A DNA stretch of 64,000 bases from Planctomycetota bacterium (lineage in GTDB: Bacteria > Planctomycetota > Planctomycetia > Pirellulales > UBA1268): the NCBI GenBank assembly GCA_003669585.1, contig QWOQ01000007.1, forward strand, positions 106,694-170,693. The letters run 5' to 3'. Made by a program: the position numbers and the translations under genes. The notes beneath the pieces were generated by a model, which was not told the origin of the DNA, searched no databases, and saw only the letters and a program-made list of their open reading frames with translations. This document shows, piece by piece, positions 1 through 9,794 of this stretch (its first letter is position 1; the number at the start of each line of letters is the position of its first letter).

Positions 1-1
1 A

Positions 2-241
2 TTTCTCTCCGATCCTGATCGCTACAGCCCCGCGCTTTCAGGAGATGATCCAGTGCTTGTTTTCGATTCCTCGAAACAGGTCTCCGGGCAACGTCGATAC
101 GGAGTAACCTACCAAGGACGGATCTATCTTTTTTCGTCAGTCGAATCACGCAACACTTTTTCAGCGAATCCAAAAAAATACAACGAGCGTGTAAGCGTGG
201 CGGAGAATGTCCGTTTGGAAAATCCGACCAAGCGATATTAA
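2..241 (+). CDS. C-terminal fragment of a protein with a YHS/TRASH-like repeat (5' end lies outside the window)
   Basis: The frame is open from nt 2. The translation ...DPVLVFDSSKQVSGQRRYGVTYQGRIYLFSSVESRNTFSANPKKY fits the 'DPV..G..V.G....Y.G..Y.F.S.....F...P..Y' pattern of YHS-like domains. Stop at 239-241. Confidence 0.45.
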   Translation, partial: FLSDPDRYSPALSGDDPVLVFDSSKQVSGQRRYGVTYQGRIYLFSSVESRNTFSANPKKYNERVSVAENVRLENPTKRY

Positions 242-332
242 ATCTGTTGCCAGATTTCATCCGCATACACACAACACTTTTTGAATGATTCCTTTTCTCG
301 GTGGTTCATCGCAACTTTTTTGATGCTGGAGT

Positions 333-1847
333 TTAACCGTCTCCATGTGGGGACTCCCAGCGTCGACTGCGATCGACTGCCTCATGCCATCGAGAAAGCA
401 TATGAGCACGAACCTTCGAATCCATGTTTGGAAGAAAGATTCTTTCAATTTTTCGCGCCTCGAGCGCCTCTGAATCGTCAAAGAACCCCACTGCTCCTCC
501 AGCTAAAAGTGCCGCACCAAGCGCCGTTGTTTCAACGACGCAGGGCCGCTCCACCGGCACCCCAAGCAGATCGGCCTGCATCTGCATCAGAAGATTATTC
601 GCGCTCGCTCCACCATCAACTCGAAGCGTTTGAAGCGTAGATCCAGAATCGGACTGCATGGCAGAAACAATGTCACACACCTGAAATGCAATCGCCTCAA
701 GCGATGCTCGAGCAATGTGGGCCGCAGTAGTTCCTCGCGACAATCCAATTAATAGTCCACGGGCATATGGGTCCCAATGTGGTGCGCCAAGCCCTGTGAG
801 AGCAGGTACGAAGACCACTCCATCGGTCTGGCTCACGCGCAGTGCAAGCGACTCCACTTCAGCCGACGTCTGAATGATGCCCAAACCATCTCGCAGCCAT
901 CCCACGACTGCACCGGCGATGAACACCGATCCTTCAAGACAATACTGCGACGCACCGCCAACATCACACGCGCGCGACGTAAGCAGACCGTGCCGGCTTT
1001 CAATACAATCGGATCCCGTTGCAAAAAAAAGAAACGCACCGGTTCCGTACGTATTTTTCGCCTGGCCTGCCAAAATACAGCCTTGTCCGTATGCGGCAGA
1101 CTGCTGATCTCCGGCGCACCCAGCAAGCGGAATCTCGGCTCCAAACCATTTCGATTCACACATTCCGTACACCTCGCTGCTGGAGCGAATACTCGGCAGA
1201 ATGCATCGGGGCACCCCGAGTTTTTCACAGAGCTGATCGCTCCACGCTCCATCCACGATGTCATAGAGCATTGTGCGACTGGCGTTGGTGGGATCGGTTA
1301 TATGCAGCAATCCTCCTGAAAGTCTCCAGAGAAGAAATGTATCCACCGTGCCAAACAACACATCGCCCGACTCACACCGGGCTCGTAACCCAGGAATCGT
1401 GTCGAGCAGATGTCGGATTTTGGTCGCTGAAAAATATGGATCGAGTACAAGTCCGGTCCGTTTTCGAATCTCCTCTTCAAAGCCTGCCTCGCGGAATTGT
1501 TCACACAGTGGTGCCGAAACACGACTTTGCCAAACGATCGCCGGTGCAACGGCTGTGCCTGTATGACGATCCCACAAAATAGTCGTCTCTCGTTGATTTG
1601 TCACGCCAATTCCGGCGATCATTGAGGCAACAACTCCTGCTTTTTCCAGAACGATTCTTGCACTTGTCAACTGCGACTGCCAGATCTCCTCTGGATCGTG
1701 TTCGACGATTCCGGGAGCCGGAGTGTGTTGCGTGAATTCGCAGTGCGCAGATGCGAAAGGCATCCCGCAGGAATCAAACAAAATAGCTCTGCTCGAGGTA
1801 GTTCCCTGATCGAGCGCAAGAATAAAACGCTTGTCTGTAGATGTCAC
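333..1847 (-). CDS. glpK: Glycerol kinase
   Basis: 504 aa. N-terminus FILALDQGTTSSRAILFD, plus GVTNQRETTILWD, FGTVDTFLLWRL and YGTGAF, the typical FGGY-kinase/GlpK signatures. 4-nt overlap with upstream glpD. Confidence 0.95.
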   Translation of the reverse strand: MTSTDKRFILALDQGTTSSRAILFDSCGMPFASAHCEFTQHTPAPGIVEHDPEEIWQSQLTSARIVLEKAGVVASMIAGIGVTNQRETTILWDRHTGTAVAPAIVWQSRVSAPLCEQFREAGFEEEIRKRTGLVLDPYFSATKIRHLLDTIPGLRARCESGDVLFGTVDTFLLWRLSGGLLHITDPTNASRTMLYDIVDGAWSDQLCEKLGVPRCILPSIRSSSEVYGMCESKWFGAEIPLAGCAGDQQSAAYGQGCILAGQAKNTYGTGAFLFFATGSDCIESRHGLLTSRACDVGGASQYCLEGSVFIAGAVVGWLRDGLGIIQTSAEVESLALRVSQTDGVVFVPALTGLGAPHWDPYARGLLIGLSRGTTAAHIARASLEAIAFQVCDIVSAMQSDSGSTLQTLRVDGGASANNLLMQMQADLLGVPVERPCVVETTALGAALLAGGAVGFFDDSEALEARKIERIFLPNMDSKVRAHMLSRWHEAVDRSRRWESPHGDG

Positions 1848-3556
1848 ACAATCACTCTCTTTCCATAGCGACGTAAAAACCGTTGCGTCAGAGTATTGAC
1901 AGTCTGCTCCAGCGACTCTTCCGCCAATCGACCGATGGAAACCATTTCGTTTGCGACGCTCAAAAGCGATTTCCTATGCAGAACTGGTTCGAATAAAAGA
2001 AGTAACCGTCGTTCCACTACGTCTTCGAGCGTGTGTGCCCATTCTTGATTGAGCGCATGAGATACCGTTGAAAGAGGGAGGGTTGTTCCGTCGATCATTT
2101 TGCACAAATGAAAAGGATGGTTGCCCATTCTATCGATTGCTTGCGAGCCATAGAGACCGATCATTCTCCCCGCAGCGACGCGCGAGAGGCCAGTCTTTCG
2201 TACAAGAAATTCCTCTGCTTGCCAAACGCCTTGATCACCCGTGAGTCCTTGTGCGCCCGGTAGCGGTCGATCTCGACTGCAACCGGTTACTGCGACACCA
2301 AGTGTCTTTAGAATTTTCGATGCAGCCTGCTCTCCAAGACTCCGGCATGTGGTGAGTTTTCCACCCACAACGCTCCAGCATGGCAGCGGTGCGTTTTGAT
2401 GGCGAATGAGCATGTGCCGACGGGTGACCGAAGCAGGAGCGAGTAATTTCCCATTGATCGATTGTCGACCCGATGGAAGCGGTCGCACTCCGCAGTAATG
2501 TTGTTCGAGCGACTCGCGCCCTAGGGCGATTCTGGGGAAAAGTCTCGCAACTGCCGAAAGCAGATAGGTGATTTCATCATCATCTGCCTTGGCTTCCGTG
2601 GGATCTCCAAAGAAGGGCACATCGGTCGTGCCGACCAGTGTAAGCCCGTTCAGAAAGGGAAGCACGAACACTGGTCGATCGTCGAGGGCCTCTGCATAGA
2701 TTCCGCAGCCTTGCAAGGCTTCGTACAACTCCTGAGAACGGAGTACCAGATGGCTCCCCTTCGTTCCACCAATGAGCAACGGACTCTGGAGCGGCAAAGT
2801 TTCGAGTGTACGATCGACCCACGCCCCGGTAGCGTTGATGACTGCATCCGCGCGAACTTCTTTTCTCTGCGAACGACTCTGTGTCCCCAGAGAAGCCGTG
2901 GGCTCAAGAATCACTCTGTTACCCTCGAGCCTCGCGAGGTGATGATTCCATAGTTCGAATCGACTTCCATGCGATGCACACGCCGAGCGAGCATCACTCA
3001 GCAATTCAATTGTAAATCGTTCTGGGGCCACCATCTGCGCATCGACATAGCTCATCGCAATCGGAAAGATCGATCGATCAATTCCAGGCCAGTGGGCGAG
3101 ATCACGGACAACCGAGTGTCGAGGCCACTTCGAATCTGTTGAAAGAACATCGTAGAGCGATAGGCCAGCCCGTACTGCCCATGCTCCGCGACCACCATCT
3201 CCCTGCAGACTTTTGGCGAGTTTCTCAAACCCAACGATTCGAGCAGCCGAGGCGAGTAGTCCACCGCGGCTACGTTTGAGCGGTAGTAAAAATTTGAGCG
3301 GCTTGACTAAATGGGGCGCCACACGAATGAGTCGATCTCGCTCGGCAAGGCTTTCTCGCACGAGATCGATCTCTCCATATTCAAGGTAACGAAGACCTCC
3401 ATGCACCAGACGCGTCGACCATGAAGTGGCCCCCGATGCCACATCAGCCGCATCGGCAACTACGACCGACACGCCCGACAACGCACACTCTCTGGCAATC
3501 GCCGCACCGTTGATACCGGCTCCCAGCACAACAATGGTCACATCCTGAGGTCTCAT
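1844..3556 (-). CDS. glpD: FAD-dependent glycerol-3-phosphate dehydrogenase
   Basis: 570 aa. Dinucleotide-binding motif VVLGAGINGAAIARE, then SWSTRLVHGGLRYLEYGEIDLVRESLAERD, typical of GlpD. Translationally coupled to glpK (ATGA overlap at 1844-1847). Confidence 0.9.
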   Translation of the reverse strand: MRPQDVTIVVLGAGINGAAIARECALSGVSVVVADAADVASGATSWSTRLVHGGLRYLEYGEIDLVRESLAERDRLIRVAPHLVKPLKFLLPLKRSRGGLLASAARIVGFEKLAKSLQGDGGRGAWAVRAGLSLYDVLSTDSKWPRHSVVRDLAHWPGIDRSIFPIAMSYVDAQMVAPERFTIELLSDARSACASHGSRFELWNHHLARLEGNRVILEPTASLGTQSRSQRKEVRADAVINATGAWVDRTLETLPLQSPLLIGGTKGSHLVLRSQELYEALQGCGIYAEALDDRPVFVLPFLNGLTLVGTTDVPFFGDPTEAKADDDEITYLLSAVARLFPRIALGRESLEQHYCGVRPLPSGRQSINGKLLAPASVTRRHMLIRHQNAPLPCWSVVGGKLTTCRSLGEQAASKILKTLGVAVTGCSRDRPLPGAQGLTGDQGVWQAEEFLVRKTGLSRVAAGRMIGLYGSQAIDRMGNHPFHLCKMIDGTTLPLSTVSHALNQEWAHTLEDVVERRLLLLFEPVLHRKSLLSVANEMVSIGRLAEESLEQTVNTLTQRFLRRYGKRVIV

Positions 3557-3612
3557 CCCACTCTTTTCTCCATCGAGTTCAAGGCGTCTCTCACCTTTTT
3601 TCAGCGTTAAAA

Positions 3613-5004
3613 GTGTATTTTCATTGTGGACTTCGTAGCCACGTCGAGACAGACTTGGAATCTATCGCACATACTGACCTCTCCAACACTCACGACTCAC
3701 GCCATTCATCAATGACTCCATACGATTGTTCAACAACTCTATCTGGGCTCGCTCTTTTAAGCTTCACCAGATTGTGTGTTTTTTTGAAACACCGGCTGTA
3801 CGAGTTTGCGGGTCGTCGCTCAACATGGATGCCGGGTCTGTGCATTGCGATGCTTGGCTGGTCGATACATGCTTTGCAAAACCAGAGTCTTTTATGCGCC
3901 AGTGAAACAACGCCTGTTACGCGTTCGACGCGACTCGTCACACCCCACTCGCTCGCACAACTGATAGACGCTCACTGGATTGGAACCGACCTTCGGTCTG
4001 TGGCAGAACAGATCTCAAAACAGATTGAACTGCCAGTCATCATTGATCGTCGCCTCGATCCAGGAACCCCCGTGAACCTTCGGGCTGATGCAGAACCAGC
4101 AGTTGATCTTCTCGAACGTCTTGCGAAATCACTGGGCGTTTCCCTCTCTGTGCTGCATTCAAGTGTTCGACTGGCGCCCAAGACTGTTGCTCGACAGATG
4201 GAAACCGCGGAAATACTTCGAGATCGTGATATTCAATCGCTTGCACCCAGTTCGCAAACCCGATTTTCTTCTCGAGCAGTTCTTCAATGGCCCATCGGAG
4301 CAGTGCCGAGCGAAGTAGTTGAATCTCTCGCCGAAGAACAAAACCTGATCATAGACAACCTCACTCTTATTCCTCACGATCATTTTCCGGCAATCACATT
4401 GCCGCTCATGACACTTGCTGAACGCCTCGATTTACTTCTTGGACATTTTGATTTATGCATTTCAATCACGACGGGCGACGATGCCACGCACATTTCACTC
4501 GTGCCACTTGAAGATCGAAAGGAGATCGTTCGCGTCTACCGTCGTCCGCTTCGTAACTCTGCCGCAACAGCACGCCTCAATGCTCTTGCTACATCCGTCA
4601 CAATCGAAAACGGGGAAACTGACGATTCCTTTCTTCTGCGTGGAAGCGTTGCCGATGCGCGACTGGTGGAGCGAGCACTCTTTCCGGCAGCAACCGTTCG
4701 CCCAGTTAAAAAACCCGCTTCCGATCCTCAGCAAGACCGCTTCACGCTCCGTGTGGCCGCGCCCTTAGAAGAACTCTTCGTTGAGGTGGCTGGCAGACTA
4801 AAACTCAAACTCATCATCGATCGAGATTCACTCGCAAGAGCCTCCATTGACCCGCAAGAAGTGATCCGTCTCGAGCTCTCCAATGCGACGCGAGAACAGT
4901 TGCTCGACGCAATGACGCGCCACGCTGGGCTCTCTTGGTCGATCGCCGATCAAACGCTCTCAATCCGGGCAACTTCAATGAATCCGAATAACTCTGATCG
5001 TTGA
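3613..5004 (+). CDS. Hypothetical secreted or membrane-anchored protein with three STN/secretin-N-like ~80-aa repeats
   Basis: Three internal repeats share the pattern L..V...I...L.L.(V/L)IIDR..L....V.L......A...L...L....G(L/V)S.S(I/V). Example: 'LRSVAEQISKQIELPVIIDRRLDPGTPVNL' vs 'LEELFVEVAGRLKLKLIIDRDSLARASIDPQEVIRL'. The start is uncertain: GTG 3613, ATG 3712 or ATG 3829. Confidence 0.5.
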   Translation: MYFHCGLRSHVETDLESIAHTDLSNTHDSRHSSMTPYDCSTTLSGLALLSFTRLCVFLKHRLYEFAGRRSTWMPGLCIAMLGWSIHALQNQSLLCASETTPVTRSTRLVTPHSLAQLIDAHWIGTDLRSVAEQISKQIELPVIIDRRLDPGTPVNLRADAEPAVDLLERLAKSLGVSLSVLHSSVRLAPKTVARQMETAEILRDRDIQSLAPSSQTRFSSRAVLQWPIGAVPSEVVESLAEEQNLIIDNLTLIPHDHFPAITLPLMTLAERLDLLLGHFDLCISITTGDDATHISLVPLEDRKEIVRVYRRPLRNSAATARLNALATSVTIENGETDDSFLLRGSVADARLVERALFPAATVRPVKKPASDPQQDRFTLRVAAPLEELFVEVAGRLKLKLIIDRDSLARASIDPQEVIRLELSNATREQLLDAMTRHAGLSWSIADQTLSIRATSMNPNNSDR

Positions 5005-5007
5005 TCT

Positions 5008-5334
5008 CTACGAAAGTCCCTTGGCACCGGCAGGGTCGAGTAACCCAGTGAGTTTTTCTTGAATATTTTGTTTGATCGTACCGCTAAAAAATGTCGCCGC
5101 GAGCGGCAGCTTTACAGACACAAGAACCTCCTTGGGCTGCACGGTAACACTTGCCTGAACCTTCATCCCCATTGGAGAGACTGTTACGTGCATCTCGTCG
5201 CCCTTCCACTCAGCGGCAATCGGGCCGGATTGTGAAGCGTATTGCTCGCGAGCAACAGTGACCGCCTGGTCGAGCCGACGCCGAATTTCGTCGGTCTCAA
5301 GTGAATGTGGAATGCGGACTTCGAGCGGCGCCAT
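5008..5334 (-). CDS. Polyhydroxyalkanoic-acid-system family protein (PHA_gran_rgn-like)
   Basis: 108 aa. The pattern I.H.L...E.R......A..Y.....W.GD......S..G.KV...V....V.V...LP.....F.G.I...I...L matches my recollection of the small TIGR02610/PF09650 family. Confidence 0.55.
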   Translation of the reverse strand: MAPLEVRIPHSLETDEIRRRLDQAVTVAREQYASQSGPIAAEWKGDEMHVTVSPMGMKVQASVTVQPKEVLVSVKLPLAATFFSGTIKQNIQEKLTGLLDPAGAKGLS

Positions 5335-5401
5335 ACTTTCTCCGATTATTTCTAAATAGGTGATGGTTTCAAAACAAATTCAAAGAAGACTACTTCAAAG
5401 A

Positions 5402-6169
5402 TCAGTGTATGGAGACTCTTTCATTACCGCAAAGACTTTTCGCCGCAGCCACAAGATGTGCTGATACTCTACCGAGTCTGCCGCCGACGCAGACTCCAGA
5501 TCGCACCGCCACCACATCGGGCCCGAGTTCGGCTGCACGATGAATATCGGCAAGGGTCAGTTTTCCAGCGATCGCGATCTGCATTCCGGCAGCCTGCACG
5601 CATCGGCACCATCGACGAATGACGGTCTCTTCAATTATTTCAAACAGTCCGCCAAAATCTTTCCTGCAGGTGTCCACGAGCACCAAACTATTTCCAGTGC
5701 GAGCCGCCTGAGCAAAAACATCTTCCGGATCCGGTGCCAACACCTCTTTTGCATCAGCATAGGCGACGGGAACACAGAGAACAAAACGCGACACAAGAGC
5801 CTCTAACTCTCCCAATCGCTCTTCCCAGTTCTGATATTTCATCTGCGCCAGTCCAATCTTTACCGCCATTGGTGACACGGTGCGCAGTTCGTGCGCCTCT
5901 TCAAGAGGCAGCTCAAGCAGCGATCGCTGCAGAATCGATGTGTACCCAATTAAATCTTGGGAAGAAACGTTGGCGAGCTCTCCAATCGCCATGGTCCAAG
6001 GAACCTTTTGGCCGACTGCTCGGGAGACCTCCGTCGCTTTGCAAATCGTTGGTCTCCCAAGGCTGCCAGCAAACGGATCTTTGACATCAATAATATCTGC
6101 ACCACCCGCAATCGCTTCGAGCGCTTCAGATTCGTTTTGAACACTCACGAGGAGTTTGCAGCACGTCAC
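5402..6169 (-). CDS. mfnB: (5-formylfuran-3-yl)methyl phosphate synthase-like protein (MfnB/DUF556 family)
   Basis: 255 aa. LLVSVQNESEALEAIAGGADIIDVKDPFAGSLG, AVKIGL, VAYADA, LVDTCRKD and AGKL..DVVAVRSGVC align along the whole length with archaeal MfnB as I remember it. Confidence 0.7.
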   Translation of the reverse strand: MTCCKLLVSVQNESEALEAIAGGADIIDVKDPFAGSLGRPTICKATEVSRAVGQKVPWTMAIGELANVSSQDLIGYTSILQRSLLELPLEEAHELRTVSPMAVKIGLAQMKYQNWEERLGELEALVSRFVLCVPVAYADAKEVLAPDPEDVFAQAARTGNSLVLVDTCRKDFGGLFEIIEETVIRRWCRCVQAAGMQIAIAGKLTLADIHRAAELGPDVVAVRSGVCVGGRLGRVSAHLVAAAKSLCGNERVSIH

Positions 6170-6786
6170 AAAAGTGCCTCATGACAGGAGCTTTCAATAG
6201 AAATTGGTGGAATAACCGATTGGTCTTTTTTGACTTCTGAAAGCTTTATGTTCAATTTTTTAACAAACTCTAGATCGATCGGTTCGCACCAGAGTCCTTG
6301 AAAAACCACCGCTCCACTTTTCCACGATCCCCACGGTTCGAATGTCTTACGTTCCTGAAGCGATGTCTCGCGTTCAGCAATTCGCATCACCACAGTGCTC
6401 GTTCGATGACCGGGTTTTATCTCATCCTGCTGAGAGGAATCGGATTGTGGACCGATGTGCTGAGATCCAAGAAAAAAGCATTCTACAGCTGCCATCGGAA
6501 CCGCATGCCTGTGCTGTGGCGATAGGCGTACAAAAAAAATGCCTTCTCGGTATTCAAGCCGAGGTGAACTTTGCCAAAGCCCGAGGAACAACGCGGCAAC
6601 GAAGAACAAGACCGCAATCGTTCCGCAGATCCACGCAAGGAACGGCAGAACTATTCCCGTCACCCCAAGCACTATCACCACGCCCATACTGATCATCCAG
6701 ATGGCTGTAAGCGGTCGGATATTGCCCCGAATCCACGCTCCTGCGAACGGCTCTGACTGCGCTTTCATCAACACTCGCAGTTTCAT
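6166..6786 (-). CDS. Hypothetical membrane protein (two N-terminal TM helices plus a soluble C-terminal domain)
   Basis: 206 aa. Hydrophobic stretches LTAIWMISMGVVIVLGVTGIVLPFLAW and GTIAVLFFVAALFLGLW. 4-nt overlap with the mfnB-like gene downstream. Confidence 0.5.
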   Translation of the reverse strand: MKLRVLMKAQSEPFAGAWIRGNIRPLTAIWMISMGVVIVLGVTGIVLPFLAWICGTIAVLFFVAALFLGLWQSSPRLEYREGIFFVRLSPQHRHAVPMAAVECFFLGSQHIGPQSDSSQQDEIKPGHRTSTVVMRIAERETSLQERKTFEPWGSWKSGAVVFQGLWCEPIDLEFVKKLNIKLSEVKKDQSVIPPISIESSCHEALL

Positions 6787-6845
6787 AGTCTTTCGAGATT
6801 GAATTCGATCCTTTTTTCTCTGTTTTATCGCGAAACCGTTATTTT

Positions 6846-8420
6846 ATGAACGAACTTTCCGGTGAGCACTCTCGTGATTCTTCCACTCTTGTTTTTGGTG
6901 GAATCTGCTTGGTGCTGCTTTGTTACTCGTTGACTGCGATTGCAGGATGGCCTCAGCATGGTCGCGACTTGCTTATTGAGAAACAAGCTGCCCACGCCGA
7001 TCATTCGCATTCTCATTCCAATGAATCCGAGAGCTCATCGAACCTTTCCACGATCATCCCACCACCTATTTTCACGATTATTCCTTTTGTGCTCTTACTT
7101 TCGGCAATTGCAATCCTGCCACTTTTGCATCGAGTTGAACACTGGTGGGAACACAATTTGAGCAAACTGTTCATCGCAACAACGCTGGGAATGGCAACGC
7201 TATCCTACTATCTGTTTTTTCACCGTGATGCCGTAGAGATCCATTTTCCTTGCCACGGCCTTGCGCAGGCATCTGACTATGGCCCCTCGTGGAGCGTCGT
7301 CTCCGCAGTGCTCGTAAACGCACTTCTCTCAGAATATATTCCTTTTATTGTGCTTCTGTTTTCGCTTTTTGTCATTGCAGGAAGCGTTCGTATTGAGGGG
7401 GACTTGGTTGCCTCGTCGACCACGAACGCCCTCTTTCTTCTCGTTGGTGCACTCGCTGCAAGCTTTATTGGGACCACCGGTGCGGCCATGGTTTTGATAC
7501 GGCCTCTTCTTGAAACGAATCGTGAGAGAAAACATGTTGCACACACGGTTGTCTTCTTTATTTTTGTCGTTTGCAACTGCGGCGGATGTCTTTTGCCGGT
7601 CGGCGATCCTCCTCTTTTTCTGGGCTATTTGGAAGGGGTCGACTTCTTCTGGACGCTTTCGCTTTGGAAAGAATGGCTTGTCACAAATCTACTCATTATC
7701 ACCATCTACTGGCTGTGGGATTCTCTTGTAGAATTGCCAAAGGAAACTCAGTTAGACCTGTCTCGAGATCGCGGTCGCACGCGACAAATGGTGATACGAG
7801 GACTTCTCAGTGTTCCTTTAATGATCGGTGTGATTGCATCGGTTGCATTGCTTGATCCATCAAAGGTGTTTCCAGGCACAGACTGGCATCCTTGGATTTT
7901 TCTGCGCGAGGTTGTGCTCTTGTCCCTTGTGGGAATCTCACTTCGATGCGGTGACGTCACTATTCGTCGCGATAACGGATTTAACTACGGAGCCATCATT
8001 GAGGTTGCAGTTCTGTTTCTTGGAATTTTTATCTGCATGCAACCTGCGCTTTCGATTCTTCAAATCTATGGACCTACTCTTGGACTCTCCTCCTCAAGAT
8101 CTTTTTTCTGGGCCACTGGCCTGCTCTCGAGCGTGCTGGACAATGCACCGACCTACCTTGTCTTTTTCAAGACCGCACAAAGTCTTGGAACCGAAGCTCC
8201 GACGATGGCTGGAGTTGATATCGGCCGCTTGGCAGGCGTAAGTCTTGGAGCCGTGTTTCTTGGTGCCATGACGTATATCGGCAACGGTCCCAACTTCATG
8301 GTCAAAGCGATTGCTGAAAAGCAGGGAATTCGCATGCCGAGTTTCTTTGGCTATATGGTCTGGAGTTTTTGCGTGCTTCTACCTGTATTTGCATTTATTT
8401 CATTTCTTTTTCTTTCCTAG
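6846..8420 (+). CDS. Ion transporter of the ArsB/NhaD (CitMHS-like) permease superfamily, putative Na+/H+ antiporter
   Basis: 524 aa, polytopic with more than 10 hydrophobic helices. The C-terminal motif SSVLDNAPTYLVFF and GNGPNFMVK is typical of proteins annotated as sodium:proton antiporter. Confidence 0.55.
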   Translation: MNELSGEHSRDSSTLVFGGICLVLLCYSLTAIAGWPQHGRDLLIEKQAAHADHSHSHSNESESSSNLSTIIPPPIFTIIPFVLLLSAIAILPLLHRVEHWWEHNLSKLFIATTLGMATLSYYLFFHRDAVEIHFPCHGLAQASDYGPSWSVVSAVLVNALLSEYIPFIVLLFSLFVIAGSVRIEGDLVASSTTNALFLLVGALAASFIGTTGAAMVLIRPLLETNRERKHVAHTVVFFIFVVCNCGGCLLPVGDPPLFLGYLEGVDFFWTLSLWKEWLVTNLLIITIYWLWDSLVELPKETQLDLSRDRGRTRQMVIRGLLSVPLMIGVIASVALLDPSKVFPGTDWHPWIFLREVVLLSLVGISLRCGDVTIRRDNGFNYGAIIEVAVLFLGIFICMQPALSILQIYGPTLGLSSSRSFFWATGLLSSVLDNAPTYLVFFKTAQSLGTEAPTMAGVDIGRLAGVSLGAVFLGAMTYIGNGPNFMVKAIAEKQGIRMPSFFGYMVWSFCVLLPVFAFISFLFLS

Positions 8421-8529
8421 GCCCATTGCATTTGTTCAGTTTTTCGGTCGAAAACCATTCGTCTTAGTTCATTTCTTACATTTCTGACATCCTCTCTCTG
8501 GGTTCGCTCAGCATTTTTTTAGAAACCAT

Positions 8530-9786
8530 TTGCTCCGACACATCAACATAAGAGCGATTCCTTTGAATGCATTTCATTCGCCTCAAGCCTTTGATCTGAT
8601 TACTACCCAACACGATTTGAGCAATCTTATCGACAGACTCAAGGAGCACAGGCACCTTAGTTTCGACACAGAATTTGTTTCTGAACACACCTACCGTTCG
8701 CAGTTATGTCTTCTGCAGGTCAGTGCTCCTGGAATTCTCGCAGCAGTCGATACGCTCGCGGTTCCAAATCTCGATTCCTTTTGGAATCTTCTCTCCGAGC
8801 CAGATCGAACGACGATTGTTCATGCCGGACGAGAGGAACTGGGCTTCGTACTTCATGCAATCGGAAAGCGTCCTACAAAACTTTTTGACGTGCAGGTGGC
8901 AGCAGGACTCGTCGATCACGACTATCCATCCGGGTACGCATCGCTTGTACGCCGTATTCTTGGATTCAATACAAATAAAGGTGAGACTCGAACCGATTGG
9001 CGGCGGCGGCCGCTCTCGGATGCCCAACTGGAATACGCCATGGATGATGTTCGCTATCTAGAGGCAATGTGGGCATCACTCGAAGAACGCCTCTCGCAAC
9101 TTGGGCGCACCGAATGGATGGTGGCCGAAATGCTCACCTGGCAGGATGATGTGGAGGAATCCTTTCTTCGAAAGCGATGGCGCAGAGTCTCGGGACTCAA
9201 TGGTTTATCTCGTCGCGAGTTGGCAGTGGCTAGAGAACTCTGGCATTGGCGCGACAGCGTCGCTGAATGTCGTGACATGCCTGCAAAGCGAGTGCTTCGC
9301 GACGATTTGCTCGTGGAAATCGCAAAACGCAAAAGCGCCGATGAACAACAAATTTCTTCTATTCGTGGCATGCAGCGATCTGATCTGCGTCACATACTCA
9401 AAGATCTTTCGGGTGCGATTCGCGCAGGCCTCGATATACCAGATGACCAGTGTCCAGGCGGAGAACGTCACCGAGCACCCCCGACGCAGCTCTCAATGCT
9501 TGGTCAGTTTCTCGCAACGGCCATCGCCGGCGTCTGTCGGCAGATGAGCATTGCCCCGGCTCTCGTCGGAACCGCCTCTGATATGCGAGACTTGTTGGCA
9601 ATGAAACTTGGCTATCATGCCGGCGATCGCGAACCGCTTCTCGCATCTGGTTGGCGGGCAGAGTTCGTTGGCGAATTAGTCGATGATCTGCTCGCCGGTC
9701 GAGCCACCCTTCGCATCAGTGATGTACGATCAAATGATCCATTGGTGATTGATCGCGTCGATCGAGAGAAACGTTCGAACGTCTAA
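8530..9786 (+). CDS. rnd: Ribonuclease D (DEDD 3'-5' exonuclease with HRDC domain)
   Basis: 418 aa. Exo I FDTEFV, LCLLQV, Exo II IVHAGREEL, Exo III YAMDDVRYL, followed by an HRDC-like segment (RELAVARELWHWRDSVAECRDMPAKRVLRDDLLVEIA). Confidence 0.85.
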   Translation: MLRHINIRAIPLNAFHSPQAFDLITTQHDLSNLIDRLKEHRHLSFDTEFVSEHTYRSQLCLLQVSAPGILAAVDTLAVPNLDSFWNLLSEPDRTTIVHAGREELGFVLHAIGKRPTKLFDVQVAAGLVDHDYPSGYASLVRRILGFNTNKGETRTDWRRRPLSDAQLEYAMDDVRYLEAMWASLEERLSQLGRTEWMVAEMLTWQDDVEESFLRKRWRRVSGLNGLSRRELAVARELWHWRDSVAECRDMPAKRVLRDDLLVEIAKRKSADEQQISSIRGMQRSDLRHILKDLSGAIRAGLDIPDDQCPGGERHRAPPTQLSMLGQFLATAIAGVCRQMSIAPALVGTASDMRDLLAMKLGYHAGDREPLLASGWRAEFVGELVDDLLAGRATLRISDVRSNDPLVIDRVDREKRSNV

Positions 9787-9794
9787 AGTGTGTT

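Noticed and set aside
777-1582. Several 140-190-aa ORFs on both strands inside the glpK region (777-1319, 833-1264, 1019-1582)
   Set aside because: They overlap an unambiguous full-length glycerol kinase in other frames, and their translations are Arg/Ser/Pro-rich. They are shadow ORFs.
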